Part shown: positions 14,609-28,573 of the stretch, one piece after another
Numbering within the stretch: the stretch's first letter is position 1
Layout of the letters: every line of letters starts with the position of its first letter
NCBI GenBank assembly: GCA_043228905.1
Contig: JBHGNT010000020.1
Span: 15,314,001 to 15,378,000, forward strand
DNA: 64,000 nucleotides
Source of the DNA: Azolla caroliniana
Taxonomy: Eukaryota; Plantae; Polypodiophyta
Reading direction: 5' to 3'
Position numbers and translations under genes: made by a program
The notes under the pieces: generated by a model
Databases searched by the model: none
Seen by the model: only the letters and a program-made list of their open reading frames with translations
What the model was told of the DNA's origin: nothing

Positions 14609-15805
14609 TTGGTTTATGTTATATTTCATCTACAATCGATGCATGCATGCAGATCACATAATATGGACATCTATAATATGGAATGACCTATTTATATCAA
14701 TGATGCCCTTGTCTTGAGAGTTTGTAATATTGGGGGTCGACATTTCATGTGAGGAAAAAGGAGATGTCTTGTGTGTTGGTTTATCTTAAAACATGTCAAA
14801 GGCTATGACTTTAGAATTTGAGAGTTAGAGTGAGCTCATAGATATATGTACTAAAATGATTCAATCGTTAACGAGGTTAATGCCACATTTTAGTTCATGC
14901 TCATTGAAATACTACCAACAAATTCATCAAAAGAGTCTACAATATGTATAACAAAGCTAAAATGTGAAACGAAAACAAATGTGATACATACACGCATTGT
15001 TTATTTGATGATCATTCAATATGATTGTAATTTACTTCTGATTATAATTGACAACTTAAGACAACCGTAAAAATGCACATGGGCCGTCAAGATTGGTACC
15101 TATTTTGAATTTTTATTTTCTTGAGATTGTAAAACTCCGTACATGAAAACCTGAAATCAGTAAACAAGATCAAACACAAAAGGTAACCAACACACCATAG
15201 ATGTCAACTTTGCTCACAGATCTTGAACATGATATACAGATGAACCATATATTTCTGTGGTATTCAGACCCATATCAGTGCCTCTATGGTCTTATCCGAA
15301 GAACTATTTTGAAGTTTATTCATCACATACTCTTGCTCTTGTATAGTTGAGTGTAGAAAGGAGGACTATAGAGGAGGGTAGCACACTCCATGGATATAAG
15401 ACTACATACTGTATACATATACACGCGAGTGATGGTTGAAGTAGGAGTAGTGGGGGCTGGCTGTTATCGCCAACAATAGTGGATTCGACGTCTTTCTAAT
15501 ACATACATATGTATAGCAGAGCAATGATTAAAGCATTCATGGGACATCCTTCGTTTTCCATTTGGAACCGAACCATTCATTCATTGGTGAGTAAAAAGTG
15601 AGAGAATATGGAAAAGCAGGTCGCGCTGCTCTGTAGAAGAGGATCGAACTCGAGACCTCGTGACGGGATGCTCCTCCTCTTTCTATGCTAACACTCCAAA
15701 AACCTCCGTCCCTCTTCTTATCATAAGCCTTTTGCTTTCTCTGCTAATCCTCTTCTTCCTCCTCTTCACTCTGTCTGCATCGAAAGAGCGCCATTGGAGC
15801 TCCCC

Positions 15806-18800
15806 ATGGCCACCATGAAGTCTTCTCTTCAGTGTCACGATCAAATTCCGCCATGCTCGCAGCCCCTCTCCCTCAAGAAATACCACGGAAGATTTGGTCC
15901 TTCTTCTTCTTCTTCTTCAGTCGCAGCAAATAGGAGAATGGGGAGGAGCAGAAATTTGACAATTTCTGCAACACAAGGTCAGGAAAGCAGAATCTCTGAT
16001 TCAAGTTCTCGTTGATCCTTATCTCATTTATTTGAAGGCGAAAAGCCTTATTCTTTTCCCACATATCGAAATGTTTGTCGTTTGACTTCATCTCATGAAA
16101 ATGTAGTTTTATGTATGTCATTATTTTTTTAGTTTTATACACATAAATTTCATGAGAAACGTATTTAAATTTCAGGAAAATCTAGTTTTTCTGTCAACCT
16201 CGTGAGAATCTTGTTTTATGAGCAAAGATTTCATGCTTATCTTGTTTTATGCATGCCAAAGTCACGAAAATCTAGTTTTTAATCACTGTTTATTTCAGAG
16301 AACTCCAGTTCAATTTCACAGAAATCTAGTTTTTGAAATACAGCAAACATTTGCTAGTTTTATTCTTCACATTCACTAACGTGTTTGGACAAAAAACAAC
16401 TGACTTCCAGCTTATGTAAGATTATCTTGAATTCATATTGTTGCGGTTTGGAGAAAGAAAGGAAAATTTGACCAGTATTTGAGATTGTGATGTCTGTTTT
16501 TGAGTGACAAATTCCTTCGTATTGGACTTGTGTTACTGTGGCATACACATGTATGGGGAAATACAGCTGTAAGCAATATGAAAGAACAACCATTTCATTA
16601 TAGATTCTATATCTACAGTGACTTTCCAACACTTGGATTAGTCAGTCTGGGTTTATTTAGACAATAGCCTTTACGTATGATGAGATATTGTTTTTCTAAT
16701 TAGTTCTACTGTTTTCTTGTTCTTTGGTTGCTTGTTTTGATCCTAATTTGTTTTTTTAGATTTTACAAGTTTTGGTTGTTTGTTTGGCTGACCTATTGAG
16801 TTTTTACTATTCATGCACACATTTTAGGTGAGGCACAAAACAAGGCTGAACTTTCTAATAGTAGAACAGGGAGTCAGGTATCAACCACAGTAGTTCCACC
16901 AACTCCATTTCCACCACCACAACCTCAATTGTACGTATCATGAATTTTCCTTATAAGTAAATAAACTTTTGGTTGGTAGTTCTAAACTCTTTTGCCATTT
17001 GCAGTGGGTCTCCCATTTTGTGGATAGGAGTGGGTGTGGGGATATCTATTGTTTTTTCATGGGTAAGTTTTAATGATTTTAATGGCGACAATAGCAATAT
17101 ATATAGATATTTTTCTTTCTGTCTCTTCTTGCTTCTACATTTTAAAAACATATGAAGCAGACTCATCAGTCTCTGTAAGTTCAGAGATTAAGAAAGATAT
17201 AAGAATGTATTTTGAGAGTCTAAATGGCCCACGAGACTGAATGAAAAAGGCGTGTGTGTGAGAGAGAGATTCAGTATTTCCTTGAGATGATGGTTGTATA
17301 TTAACATCCATGGGGGAAGTGGGAGACAATATGACCCACATAATCTATATAAAGCACTCTCCTCAGCTGTGTAGGTGGGGGGTTTTTAAACAGCAAAACA
17401 AAAAGAAAAACTAAATTAGTTTCCTAATCTCACTGTTTGATCTTCCTTGAATGTATTGCTCTAATTGAGTAGATGAGCCAAGAGCATTCCTAGTGTTTTC
17501 AGAGACGGCTGCCCACATTAAGAGTTTCTGAAGCTAGCAAAACCTTTTGGAATTTTTGAAAATCATACCTGATGTCTTCGTGTGGAAGGTATTCAAAGTG
17601 ACACGTTCCTTTTATTTCTGGTATGCTGAGGCGACATAGGTTACATATTCTCTCTTTCTGCTCAATATTCAGCCAACACCCAGTTTCTATTTTAATGTAT
17701 GTGAGCCTGTGTGCATCCATGTGATGGCATGTCTCGCTTGCATCAAAATCGGTGTCTAGATATAAGTCTGGCCTTCTGTCCCTTTCTTTTCCTCTTACGT
17801 ACACATCCATATATTCCTGATACTTATCTCTGTTGAGGTGCATATATGTCCAATGGTGCATCTCTATCCATGAGACAGATGGATATCCATATATTCAGGG
17901 CGTAGTATAAACCATCCTCAGTGGTGTAGAGAAGATGGTCTTGATAGAAGGCCATCTTCATACCTGGTTCCAGCATAGATTCAATCCATCTCTGCCCTGT
18001 CTCTGGCACAACCCTACATGTAGAAAAGTTATACAGAGAGAGAGAGAGAGTGGGTTGACTCAGCTGGTAAGGTTTTCTAATAGAGACCAGAAGGGTCACA
18101 TGCTCAGCCGCTACATTTCACAAAAGCATCTAGTAAATTAGTGCATTTGATGAGATTTGAATCTCTAGGCATGGGTTAGAAAACATGCTAAAGTATAGCC
18201 CTCATACAAGATGGAGGATGTATTATCATCCTCTGGAGGTCAGTTATGAATTGGGACGTTATATAAACAAGTAGCTGATATGATGTCCTCTGGTAGGTCA
18301 GAGTGCTGATTCTTTGTCACTTGTGTATGATTTATGAGTGATCTTCTATACTTGAAAAGGGAGCATAGGAAGGTTCCTAAGTATGAGACCTCTTGCGGAT
18401 TCCTAGAAGTTCATGACGGGTATTTCACTATGTGATCACATTGGGAATGGCACCTGCATGTCAGCGTATGCATGCATTTAAGCGTGAAATCTGGCTCATT
18501 CCCAATCTCATGAGTTTGGCATATTGTGCATGTACAATACTCCTTGGCTAGACGTTGCCAAGTTCCACGTATGAGGCTAAATCAAGTCTGCATTTTCCGA
18601 GGAGAGTAATTGCTCGTCTAGCCGATAGAGGTGTGGGGATGACAAAGTGAGTCTGGGCATACTTGGATGTAGCTCAGTAGGTGTCTCACAGCATGGGGCT
18701 TATTAGCATTTGGTAGTATTGTAGTTTGTTGCCCTTTTACCCAGTTTACCATTTTCATCTTAGTGTATTCACATAATGGAACTCAATGTGCATGTTTTCC

Positions 18801-20900
18801 CGTCCTGTTGTGAGAGTGTGCAAGTGCGATGGCAACTCTATCTTGCTTCCGCATGGACAGGCCCTGAGTAATTTCCCCATATTGAGTGTTGAGTTATTCT
18901 CCATCTGGTTTCTAATGTGGCTGAGTAAAAACTGGACTCATGTTCTCCTGTCCCTTTCATTTCCTCGACGTGCACATCCAGATATTCCTCAACACGACGT
19001 CTAGCAAACCATTTCCGGATTTCTTGGACCCAGCTGGATGAAATGCCTTGTCGGCAGATGGAACCAAAAGTTGACCCACCAGATTGATACAATCCGCCTA
19101 ATTATATCAAACACATGTAGCAACTCTCTTCTTATGTTCTTCTTCCTTTATATTGAATGCGAATAGAAAAGATGTTTTATCGTCCACGAGAAGGCCAAAT
19201 TTGACCTATACAACCAAATAAACATATCATCTTGTATGCGACTCCTTCCTAAAAAGGGGAGGGTTTATGGTTTATCATGTCCATCGAATAAGTTATCATA
19301 CTTCTCACGAATTACCTTATACACTTAGCACGCAAGAAGTAAGTGATATTCATCCTCCACTAGGTTTGCATTGCATACCTCGTATATCTTCATATTATGG
19401 TGATAATGCCATGATGCTACCTCAAATCCTAACTTGTGTGAGTGAGTTTGACGAAGTGTTAAAGCTCTCCAAGAGCCAAGGCTCATTGGGTAGTAAGATG
19501 TGGTTGGATGCATTTTGGCATTTTTATCTTGTATTTGGGGTCACCATTCGGGGTTAACTTTTGCAATGTAATATTCCAATTTGGACATTTTTAACATCTT
19601 GCCACTCCATCCTTAGTGCCTCTATGAATCTATCCTCAATTATCACACACTTCATAGCATCACCTTACCCCCCATCTTTTACACCATTTCATAATGTCAA
19701 ACACCCAGCCAGATGAGAGGGTTTCACTCTTGCATCCTATGTTCCAAGCCTGTTTTAGCAATCTGTGATTTGGCATATTCTTGAATTTTGTGATATATGT
19801 GTATACTCTTTGTATTGCTAGTATCTCTATGGGCTGAGCACCGGTTAAAAATAGCCTGACAGGATAAGATGTTGACGATTTTATCCCCAATTATCTATGC
19901 AAGAAAGATATTTGAATTTTCTCTATTTCTTCCATGCACTAAGTGAGATCATGACACCCCATACTTCCACTTCATAAAGAAACTCTTGGAAAACCATAGC
20001 ATTGAATAATATCAATCTCACACCCTATCCTTGAGTATCACTTTGTTTGCATTGATTCTTAAACATATAATAACTATTGCAACCCGCTTCAAGTCTATGC
20101 TCATAGCATACATTCAACCTATTTGTTGATGGGGCATTAATACCAAGATATTTGAAGTTTGGCACCACTTGTATTTTCGCCCTTGTATGTAAAAATGGGC
20201 TAGTGTCTTGGTTGTATTGCCTTTATTGCCACCATTTTTGTTTTGTTCACATTAACAATTATCTCACTGGTCAGTGTTGCATATCATCCAAATTATATGA
20301 GAATAAAACATCAACATATAGGAGTAAAAAAATAAACTCTTGGCCATCGAATCCTTTTTCTTTTGCAGCCTTGTTTACGATTTCTTCAAGTTTATTGATG
20401 GATAGACCAAAGAGTGTGGGAGAGAGTAGACATTCTTACTTGACCCCCATGTTGCTCAAGAAGTACTTCGAGAAACCACTGTCGTCAATTGCCATGTAAC
20501 ATGCTCATACAATCATGCTACAACTGTTCTTTATTCTGATGCCATTCCCATACAATGTCACAGGCTTTCTAGAAGTCCACAAGGCAACACTTCTTGAGTA
20601 TAGGTGAGAGTAGTGACCCTTACTTGAACCCCAAGTTGCTCAAGAAGTACTTCGAGAAACCACTATCCATTTCCAATTGGCACCTAACTTGTTCATACAA
20701 TCGTGCTACCGCTGCTCTATACTGTTATGGCATTCTGACTTCTATCATTCTTTTCCAAAGCTCACTCCTTGGTACAGTGTCGAAGGCTTTATTGAAGCTC
20801 ACAAAACAGCAATATAGTGTTCGCTTGAACGTGACTTTCTTCCATAATTACTCTTATGTAACCAAATGGTCAGCAATGTAATGTTTTGATCTAACACCTG

Positions 20901-20934
<34 letters not shown>

Positions 20935-23242
20935 TTATTACCTTTGACTTGTTTCCTTACTCCCTTTCAATTTTCTTGCTACAGGCAGCCAAGAAAGTTC
21001 AGGTATCTTTATGAGTTCAAACTTCATCATGAATGTGATGATGCTAGTATATACGATTCTGAACTTGTCAAAATTATCTCGAATACAGAGCTATGCTATG
21101 CAGCAGGCCTTGAAGGCCATGATGGAACAAAGTGGGCAAGGAGGGAATCCATTTATGGCGGGGCAAGGAACCAACCCATTTGGCGGGCAAGGTAGGACTC
21201 CATTTATGGCTGGTCCAGGAAGCAATCCATTTGGTGGACAGGGTGTGAATCCATTTGCAGGGATGCCGCCAGCCTCTTTTCCCATTACCCCTCCACCACC
21301 GCCGCCATCACCTGCTGCATCAAGTACTGTCAATGTGACCCATAGCACTATCTCTCCGCCACAATCTGAAGCTAAATTAGTGGATGAGAAACCGGTGGAG
21401 AAACCCATGAGCACTAAGAGAGTAGGTAAATACGCAATGATGCTTCATTGATTTATGTGTGATGAATAATCTTGTTTGTTTTCTTCTTGAGGTGTAAGAT
21501 TTCAATGTAAAAACTGAACTTTTGGATTTGCACACAGCGTTTACAGATGTTGAAGTAAACACGTTGGTTGAGGATAAGATGATAGCTCAGGACCAGCCCT
21601 CACCTCAGGATTCTCCTCCAAAACCATCCTTTACTGATGCAGAGGTGTGGTTCCAATGCTGCTACAAGTTATCCTTTGACGTGTTTTCATATTTTTCTTT
21701 ACTTATATCAGTTTGTGGTGTCTGTGTGTAAAAGGTGGTAGATAATAATACCAGCTTTTCAGGCTCTAGTGGCTATGCAAGCCAGGACAGCACAGCTCAG
21801 AATGGTGGGCGTGTTTATCTGATCTTTTTGGTTTAAGATTTATAATTTATTTCACCAGATACCAAATGGCACATTTGCAGTTGGAGCTATCTTGATCATT
21901 TCTGATTTGTCCCACAAAAACATCAGTAGTAATCATGGTAATGCTATTTTTTTCAGGGAAAACGAAGTCCTTTATAAGTGTGGAGATGCTAGAAACTATG
22001 TTGGATGATCCCAAGATTCAGCAAATGGTGTTCCCGTACGTCTTTGCAGGCCCAAACCTTAAGGAAATGGATTAACATGATTTTGTTGTCTTAATTCAGA
22101 AACTGCTTTGCATTTAATTAACATATGTGTATAAATAGACGCATAAAATTGCCTGCATAGACAAACAGGCTTAAATATGTCTCAATCGTCAAATCTATTT
22201 TCTTTCTGGCAATTTCGTGTTCATTTTGACTGGATGATTTGCATTTTCTATACAGATATTTGCCAGAGGAAATGAGAGATCCTGTCACTTTCAAACGTAA
22301 CTATATTTATTTATTTATTTCAAAATATTCTAACTCCCTTGTATATTCATATTAAATGAGAATGCTTGTTAGGTATGATTCAACTTCCACAGGTTCGACA
22401 ACAACTTCAAGAAGCATTGTAAGTTCATTCTGCATTATGGTAATAAAAGTTTTATATGCAGTATGTTCATGAAATAAATGGATGCTTTATATAACTTTTT
22501 AGATCATACTGAAATTTGGAAGTCTGCGCTGTCAATTATTGATCATAGTTTTCTTTATTTTGCGAGTTTAGAAATAACATGGGTGGAGATGATGGATTGG
22601 ATATGTTGAAGTACATGAACAGTGATGCCGTAAAACAGCAGTTCGGTAAGGTTTTCATGTTTCGCGATCACTTAATCTTCAGTATATGTAACCATTTCAC
22701 TTTAAGTTAAGGACTTCTTTCATTTCTGCATAAGATGCTAGTTATCTATAATATCAGCACATTTCAAATAGCTCTAATGTATAACATGAAATGGCTTTTG
22801 ATTCTTTGTGATGGTTACAGAACAAATTGGCTTGACTCCAGAGGAAGTTGTTGGCAAGATTCTTGCAAGTCCAGATATTGCGGCATCATTACAGAATCCA
22901 AAAGTTGTGGAAGCCATAATGGATGTATGTTTTGATTTAAGAGCCATGGAAAACCAAATACTTTTCGTTTTATTTCCTTGATGATAATAGGTATAAATTT
23001 ATCCCAGGCATCTACGCATTAATATTTATGCAAATGTTTCATTTTTCAGTGCTCCCAGAATCCACTTAACATTACGAAGTATCAAAATGACCAGGAGGTA
23101 TTTATGCCTTAGTTTCTTGGGATGTGGCATTGGATTTTACTGTTGAAAGAGGCTAATGGATTCTTCTTCATAATTGTAGGTTATGAATGCACTTCTCAAA
23201 ATTGCAGAACTTTTCCCTGGTGCTACAAGTTCACCTTATTAG
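15806..23242 (+). CDS. TIC40: Chloroplast inner-envelope import co-chaperone Tic40, 14 exons
   Basis: Ser/Arg-rich transit peptide exon 15806-15977, then 16828-16930, TM exon 17005-17062 (GSPILWIGVGVGISIVFSW), 20985-21002, 21089-21425 (YAMQQALKAMM), 21538-21644, 21735-21804, 21957-22035 (MLDDPKIQQMVFP), 22256-22296 (YLPEEMRDP), 22373-22418, 22572-22645, 22821-22924 (IGLTPEEV..QNPKVVEAIMD), 23050-23097 (CSQNPLNITKYQND), 23180-23242 (KIAELFPG..TAG). The C-terminus is the Sti1/Hop-like domain typical of Tic40. Confidence 0.93.
17490..19100 (-). mobile_element. Degenerate RTE-like LINE remnant in TIC40 intron 3
   Basis: Minus-strand fragments such as HRLTYIKIETGCWLNIEQKERICNLC resemble the C-terminal H-x-L-x-IE-x-G..R-x-C-x-x-C motif of the RTE-like LINEs elsewhere in this window. 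Heavily frameshifted; boundaries approximate. Confidence 0.5.
19250..20900 (-). mobile_element. Second degenerate RTE-like LINE remnant (RT + C-terminal Cys/His region) in TIC40 intron 3
   Basis: The minus strand shows RT-type segments (KAFDTVPR-like ~20770-20800, GVK..CLLSPTLFG-like ~20400-20450, FKYLG ~20145) and CNANLVEDEYHLLLAC at 19325-19390. The RT piece is partly duplicated (20425-20525 vs 20605-20710). Confidence 0.6.
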
Positions 23243-24145
23243 GAGTGAAAAATGTTAAAGAGAGATAAGTGTAATATTTTTTTCCTAGTATCAGAGGCCT
23301 TGTTTTTTATGCGAGTTAGGTCTTTTACGGCATTCCTGCTATTCTTAGGACACTGATCTTTTTCTTCTTTCAGAGTTAGGCTGAAGAGCTTGTTAATGCC
23401 AAAATCATTCTTTGGAAGTCTCATTTCTTGTAGAGAGATCTCAGTTAATGCCTTCCACTTAGGCATATACACCCATCATGATGAATGTACCTTATTTCAT
23501 TACCAATTGATCAATCTTCTATGCACAATGTTCTAGAGGCAAATAAGAACGTATGGTAGACTTGTTGTCATACAGTTGTCATTCACGCATTTTGAGAAAT
23601 AATATAATGGCTGGCAATTGTTGATATATTTCAAATATTGGTTTTTCTCCATCTAATTCCATTTCAAATTCTTAGAATAATAGTTCTTTTGTTTTCATGG
23701 GAAGAGTATGTGGATAAAAAAGTGGATTGTCAGACATGGGTATCTGAGTACCAGAAGTGCTGATGTGGCAAATTTGTGTACCTTCGATTTCAATCTCTAC
23801 TATATCTTGTCAATGATGAAAGATTGGACTATCAAATCTTGTTGTGAAATTTAAATGAAGCCCAAGCATTTGGACAATAAGATTTTTATGTACATAAATT
23901 TATTAATATCATTCTAAGCACAATTGTTTGTTAAACATTCAAATGTGCTTAGTATTGTACATGGGTTGAGCTGAGTGTTTGTCAAGCTTAATATGATTTG
24001 CATACATCAGGTCTTTGAGAAACTGGTATTCCTTTGTATACAAACCATAAGAAATGTACACCCTTAGATTTTTATGAAATCTAGCAATTGTGAAAATTCA
24101 CATGTTCAATGCATACATAATTAGACGACATTGACACACTCTTTG

Positions 24146-24298
24146 CTAACCTTTGGACATCACAAAGCCTACTCCCTTACATATTTATATATACAATTAA
24201 ATAAAAATAGATAAACCCTAACCCTTGGACATCCCAAAGCCTACTCCCTTACATATTTATATACGCAATTAAATAAAAATAGATAATCCCTGACCCTT
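24146..24298. repeat. Tandem duplication, 72-bp unit, ~2 copies
   Basis: ctaacc(t/c)ttggacatc(a/c)caaagcctactcccttacatatttatata..caattaaataaaaatagataa starts at 24146 and again at 24218. Confidence 0.9.
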
Positions 24299-25158
24299 CT
24301 GGATATGTTGTAGGATTGTGAAGGATTCTAAGATTGTGCAAGAATGAGGGGATATAAAGAGAATATGAGTTGCATGAATTATAAACATGTTGCTCTATTA
24401 TATTATCAATTTGATGCTATAAAACCACATCCTCCATGTTTCTGATTTTATACAAATTGACAAGCCAATTTGTCATTAAAACTATTGAATGTTATATGAA
24501 TACAAAATTGTGGGAAAAGTTATTGACTTTAATGATTACCATTCATGTTTTAAGGCTAATTGACAATGTACAAACTTCAAAGGATATATAACTTTTCAAA
24601 ACACTTCTATCTCATGCTTAATATAAATGACAAAATTGTTGCTGTAAAGTTTATTGAACTAAAGCTACACATGAACTGAGTTACGATTTACAATTGAAAA
24701 AATGTGATTTGTAAAAAGACATTGGTTACAATCAAGAAATGTGAAGGAAATCAATTAACAAATTAAAAAACATAGAAGGACTCCTCTAGATAATGGCAAT
24801 GGTAGGCAAGAAAATATGTTGATTAGACCTAATGTACAAAGATGTTTCACACAAGATGCATGCATGCATCCCCATACCACCTCCCTCTTTGTTTGAAACG
24901 AATCCAAAATAAGATAAAGAGAAGGGACAAGACATATAACAATATTGCCAATACATCATTCCTTTTATTAATTACCAAAGAATGCGTCCCCACCCCCCTT
25001 TGTTTTTATATTGATGTTCATGCTCCCAAAAAGGATTTCCCTAAGAAGTTTCATAATTGGTTAGGTTCGTTGCATGTAATTCTTTTGTTTTGTGTTTGAG
25101 TTCCTTGCTTCTATAGATTATTGGTAGCTTATTTGCACAAAATTGAAAGCTTGGTAAG

Positions 25159-25159
<1 letters not shown>

Positions 25160-25197
<38 letters not shown>
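25160..25197. repeat. (TA)n microsatellite
   Basis: Uninterrupted TA run. Confidence 0.95.
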
Positions 25198-25201
<4 letters not shown>

Positions 25202-28200
25202 TGTATCTCTAGTCCGTGCACAAGGGGGCATGTATATTTAGGTCATTTTCACAACTTCTCATAATGATGATCAATTTTGATCTTTCCATCCCTCATTATA
25301 AGGCATAAATAATGTCTTGTTATGGAATGGTTCTAGGTTTTTGTTTTCAATGGATAATGGTTTTGTATTTATATCTTAATATGTACCACTATTGTTGCAC
25401 TCATTTTTGGCATCTAAATTCTCTTTCTCATTATTGTGTCTAATCACATACGATTCTTTGTAAAAAAATTAAAGTCTCATTACATGTAGTGAATTTCCCT
25501 ATAAAAGGAGAAGGAAGTATAGACAAAAGAACCCAAGAAATAAGATTGAGAGGATTATATTGGATCTAGAGAAAGATATATTATAATAGAGAAAGAGGGA
25601 GAGAAAGTATCATCAAGAGAAGAGAAGAACTAGCTTGGTGGTTGTGGTCCTCAACTTGCAACGGAAATGCGGTGGTTCGAGTCTTATACTTGTCGAGAGA
25701 TTGAAGGGAAGACTATGGTCTACTATTAAGAATGAGGAAGTTTGTTACCTTGCGAGACAAGAATTGAAGGTTCAACGACGCTTGCAACCATTTTGTAACT
25801 CTTTCATGAAAATGATTATAAATTTCATATATTTTCTCAAATATTATTTTATATCTTATCTTGTCATATCTTATATTCCTTAAAAATACTATCTTGTCAT
25901 ATCTTATTGATCTCTATTCACGCCATCTCTACTCTTTCGTCTCTTCCGTCCATAATCCCAACGATTCCTTCCTCACTTTCACGTTATCTTTTGTTTGTGC
26001 AACGCTACGCTTCTAGGCGAGCCACGTCACGACAACGCAATGTCATACATCACCAAAGTCATCATAATATTAACAAGGCTTCTATTTTGCTAAGATTGTG
26101 ATGTGCATTACGACATGCCTTTGCATTCGTATATCATTGACAAGTGAGTGTTAACCACATCACTTATCAGACTTGAATAATTGCAATGCTAGTGATCTCC
26201 TTGGTGCAGATCAACCTCGACATGAGTGTAGTAAGGCAATAGGTGAAATGAGCAACAAGAAGAACAATATACATGCAATTTGATACCAAACGAATCGAGT
26301 AAAAAGATGAAATACATAGTGGGGCATAACGAGTTCCAAGTGCACCATCCACTCCCTCCTTCCTTCCTCACATCAACAGGCGAAGCCTAATTTCATTTCC
26401 ACCCAAGCCTCTCGAAAAGAAGTGGGAGGTCAAAGGCTTTTGGTGTGGGTGTGACCCATGGTCCCGGTGTATAGAGTGCCCCAACCATGGCTTCTATGCG
26501 GTGTAGCTCACGTGCCTTCATTTTCTTTATTGCTTCTACATCATGTCGAGTTGCTTTGAAACCTGACATCCAAGGGCGTTTGGTTCTTCTTTGATTTTCT
26601 GCTTCATCAAGGAAAAGCCCGAGTGGTGCAGGTGTGTCGAAATTCGTTGTCTCCCCATGTTCCTGAAAAACTTAATTTGTTACATGCTGGTAAACATTAG
26701 CAACATTATTGTCAACATTTTATAACTTATTCTCTTTGTGTTGTTTCAATTCTAGGATGTATCTACCTAATTTCTTTATATCTAGTGTATCTAATAGTTT
26801 AGGGAGGGTGGTGGAGGAACCAAGTATGTCTTGGTATTTTGCCCTTATCTCAGCATAGGTGGGACATTTGCATGTAAAGTGGTACTCATCCTCTATCTCT
26901 ATGTGGCATAACCTACATATCCCTTCCTCCCTAGGGACTCCATTAGTACGTCCATTCTCAATCTTAAGTTGGTGAGGTGATATTCTAAGTTGACCAATGA
27001 CAACCCTTAGTGCATGTGGTAAGAATACATCTAGATATTTTGGCCACATAATAAAACCTAACTTAGAGAAGTGCATGAAGTGTTCCTTATAGTACAACAT
27101 TTTAGATGGGAGTGGCTCTAGTGGGGTGATCCATTTATACTAAGTATAATTTGCCATATTTCTTGGCGTATTACTTTATTACGGTCCTCATGAGAGATTA
27201 AAGTGTTATCAATTGCGTGGTTGTACTTGGGGGGGGGGGGGGAGGTTATTAATGTCTAGACCATTCGCAAGAAGTCAACTCACCATCATGCCATACCATG
27301 AGCTAGTATAGCCAGACTCATGAAGCGCTCGAGAGGCTTTAAAGGCTTGATGGGATATTCTATCATGTAGTTGGCTATGTATCCTATGGATAAAGACTAC
27401 AAGTTGAAAAAGTGTTTCTACTAACATCGGGGGTAGAGTGAACTCAACCCTAATAATGTCATGTGGGACCGTCGATTTGCTTCGGAGTTGGCGTGATAAC
27501 ATCATCACCAATGGTCTCTCTAATTGCGTCCACATGAAAGATGGTAGTTCTGGAGCCCAAACCGTTGATGCATACATGAGGGAGGGAATCACTAATGAGT
27601 CAAAGAGCCACCCTTTAGTCCGTGGCTCTTGGAAGTATGCTTGATGGCATTGTCTCTCGAGGAGTGAGAGGGATGCATGTCCTCTCGTAAGTCTATCCTT
27701 CGTTGCTTGTGTCATCGAAAATTTACCAGAGCGGGCACTAAAAGTGACTCCGAGATAGATATATGATCCAACCACCTCAACTGGGCTATGGGAGATAGTT
27801 AGGTGACACTTAGCTCTAACTTGGGCTGACGTGTGGAAGATAAGGACTTTAGTTTTCCCTAGATTCACTACCAATCCTCGTTGTGTGCAAAAGTCATCTA
27901 AGGCATTAAGGTGCCTTTGTAGGTCATGTTCAAATTCAAAGAGCAAAACTATGTCGTCTGCATAGAACAAGATACGAACCTGCGTATCCCCAAGGACTAC
28001 TCCATTGCCTCCCTTACGAGCAATAAAATTTGTGATCTCATCAATGTAGATCCCAAAAAGAGTCGGAGATATGGGGCAACCTTGTTTTACACCAATAGTG
28101 CTAGTGAAACAATCGGATATGCCACATGGGCATCGAACACACCCAGACACTTGTTCATATAGTGCGTAGATGGCCCAAACCATGTCATCTGGTATCCTCA

Positions 28201-28215
28201 AGCTTTTAAGCCTAT

Positions 28216-28573
28216 TGTTGAGCGGCAAGCTCAACTGGAGCCGGATCGGCTGGACAAGCAATAGAGTCGGTGAGCTGGGGAGCCGATTAGCCGGATCCAA
28301 TCGGTAACTGGAAGCCTAGTATTAGTTTAGACTACTAGGCAATTATAGTCTCGTAGTAAGTGTCAGATGCTCGTGTGAGCATTGAAGTACGCGGTACTTT
28401 TGTCAGTCCCACAAGGACTTGTATAAATAGTGCTACTGAGCATAGTTGTAACAGAGAGTGTTTATATTGTTTTTGAATATAGCTTTTACGTTGTGCTCTC
28501 TCTGTCTCTCCTGTGTACTCTGTGTATTCTCTGCTTCCTCTATTTCTAACGCTTCCACAAGTAATCGTTTTCA
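28216..28573 (+). repeat. 5' LTR of the Copia element
   Basis: TGTTGAGCGG..GTTTTCA, TATAAATA inside, immediately followed by the PBS. Confidence 0.95.

Noticed and set aside
25310-25910. Possible solo LTR (TATA box, GA-rich tract); a similar hint at ~47060-47460
   Set aside because: I could not define TG..CA ends with a TSD, so it is not reported as a feature.
27275-28300. Intact 341-aa RT gene
   Set aside because: Its first ~28 codons are read from the Copia LTR antisense strand and the LINE is broken by stops and the insertion.
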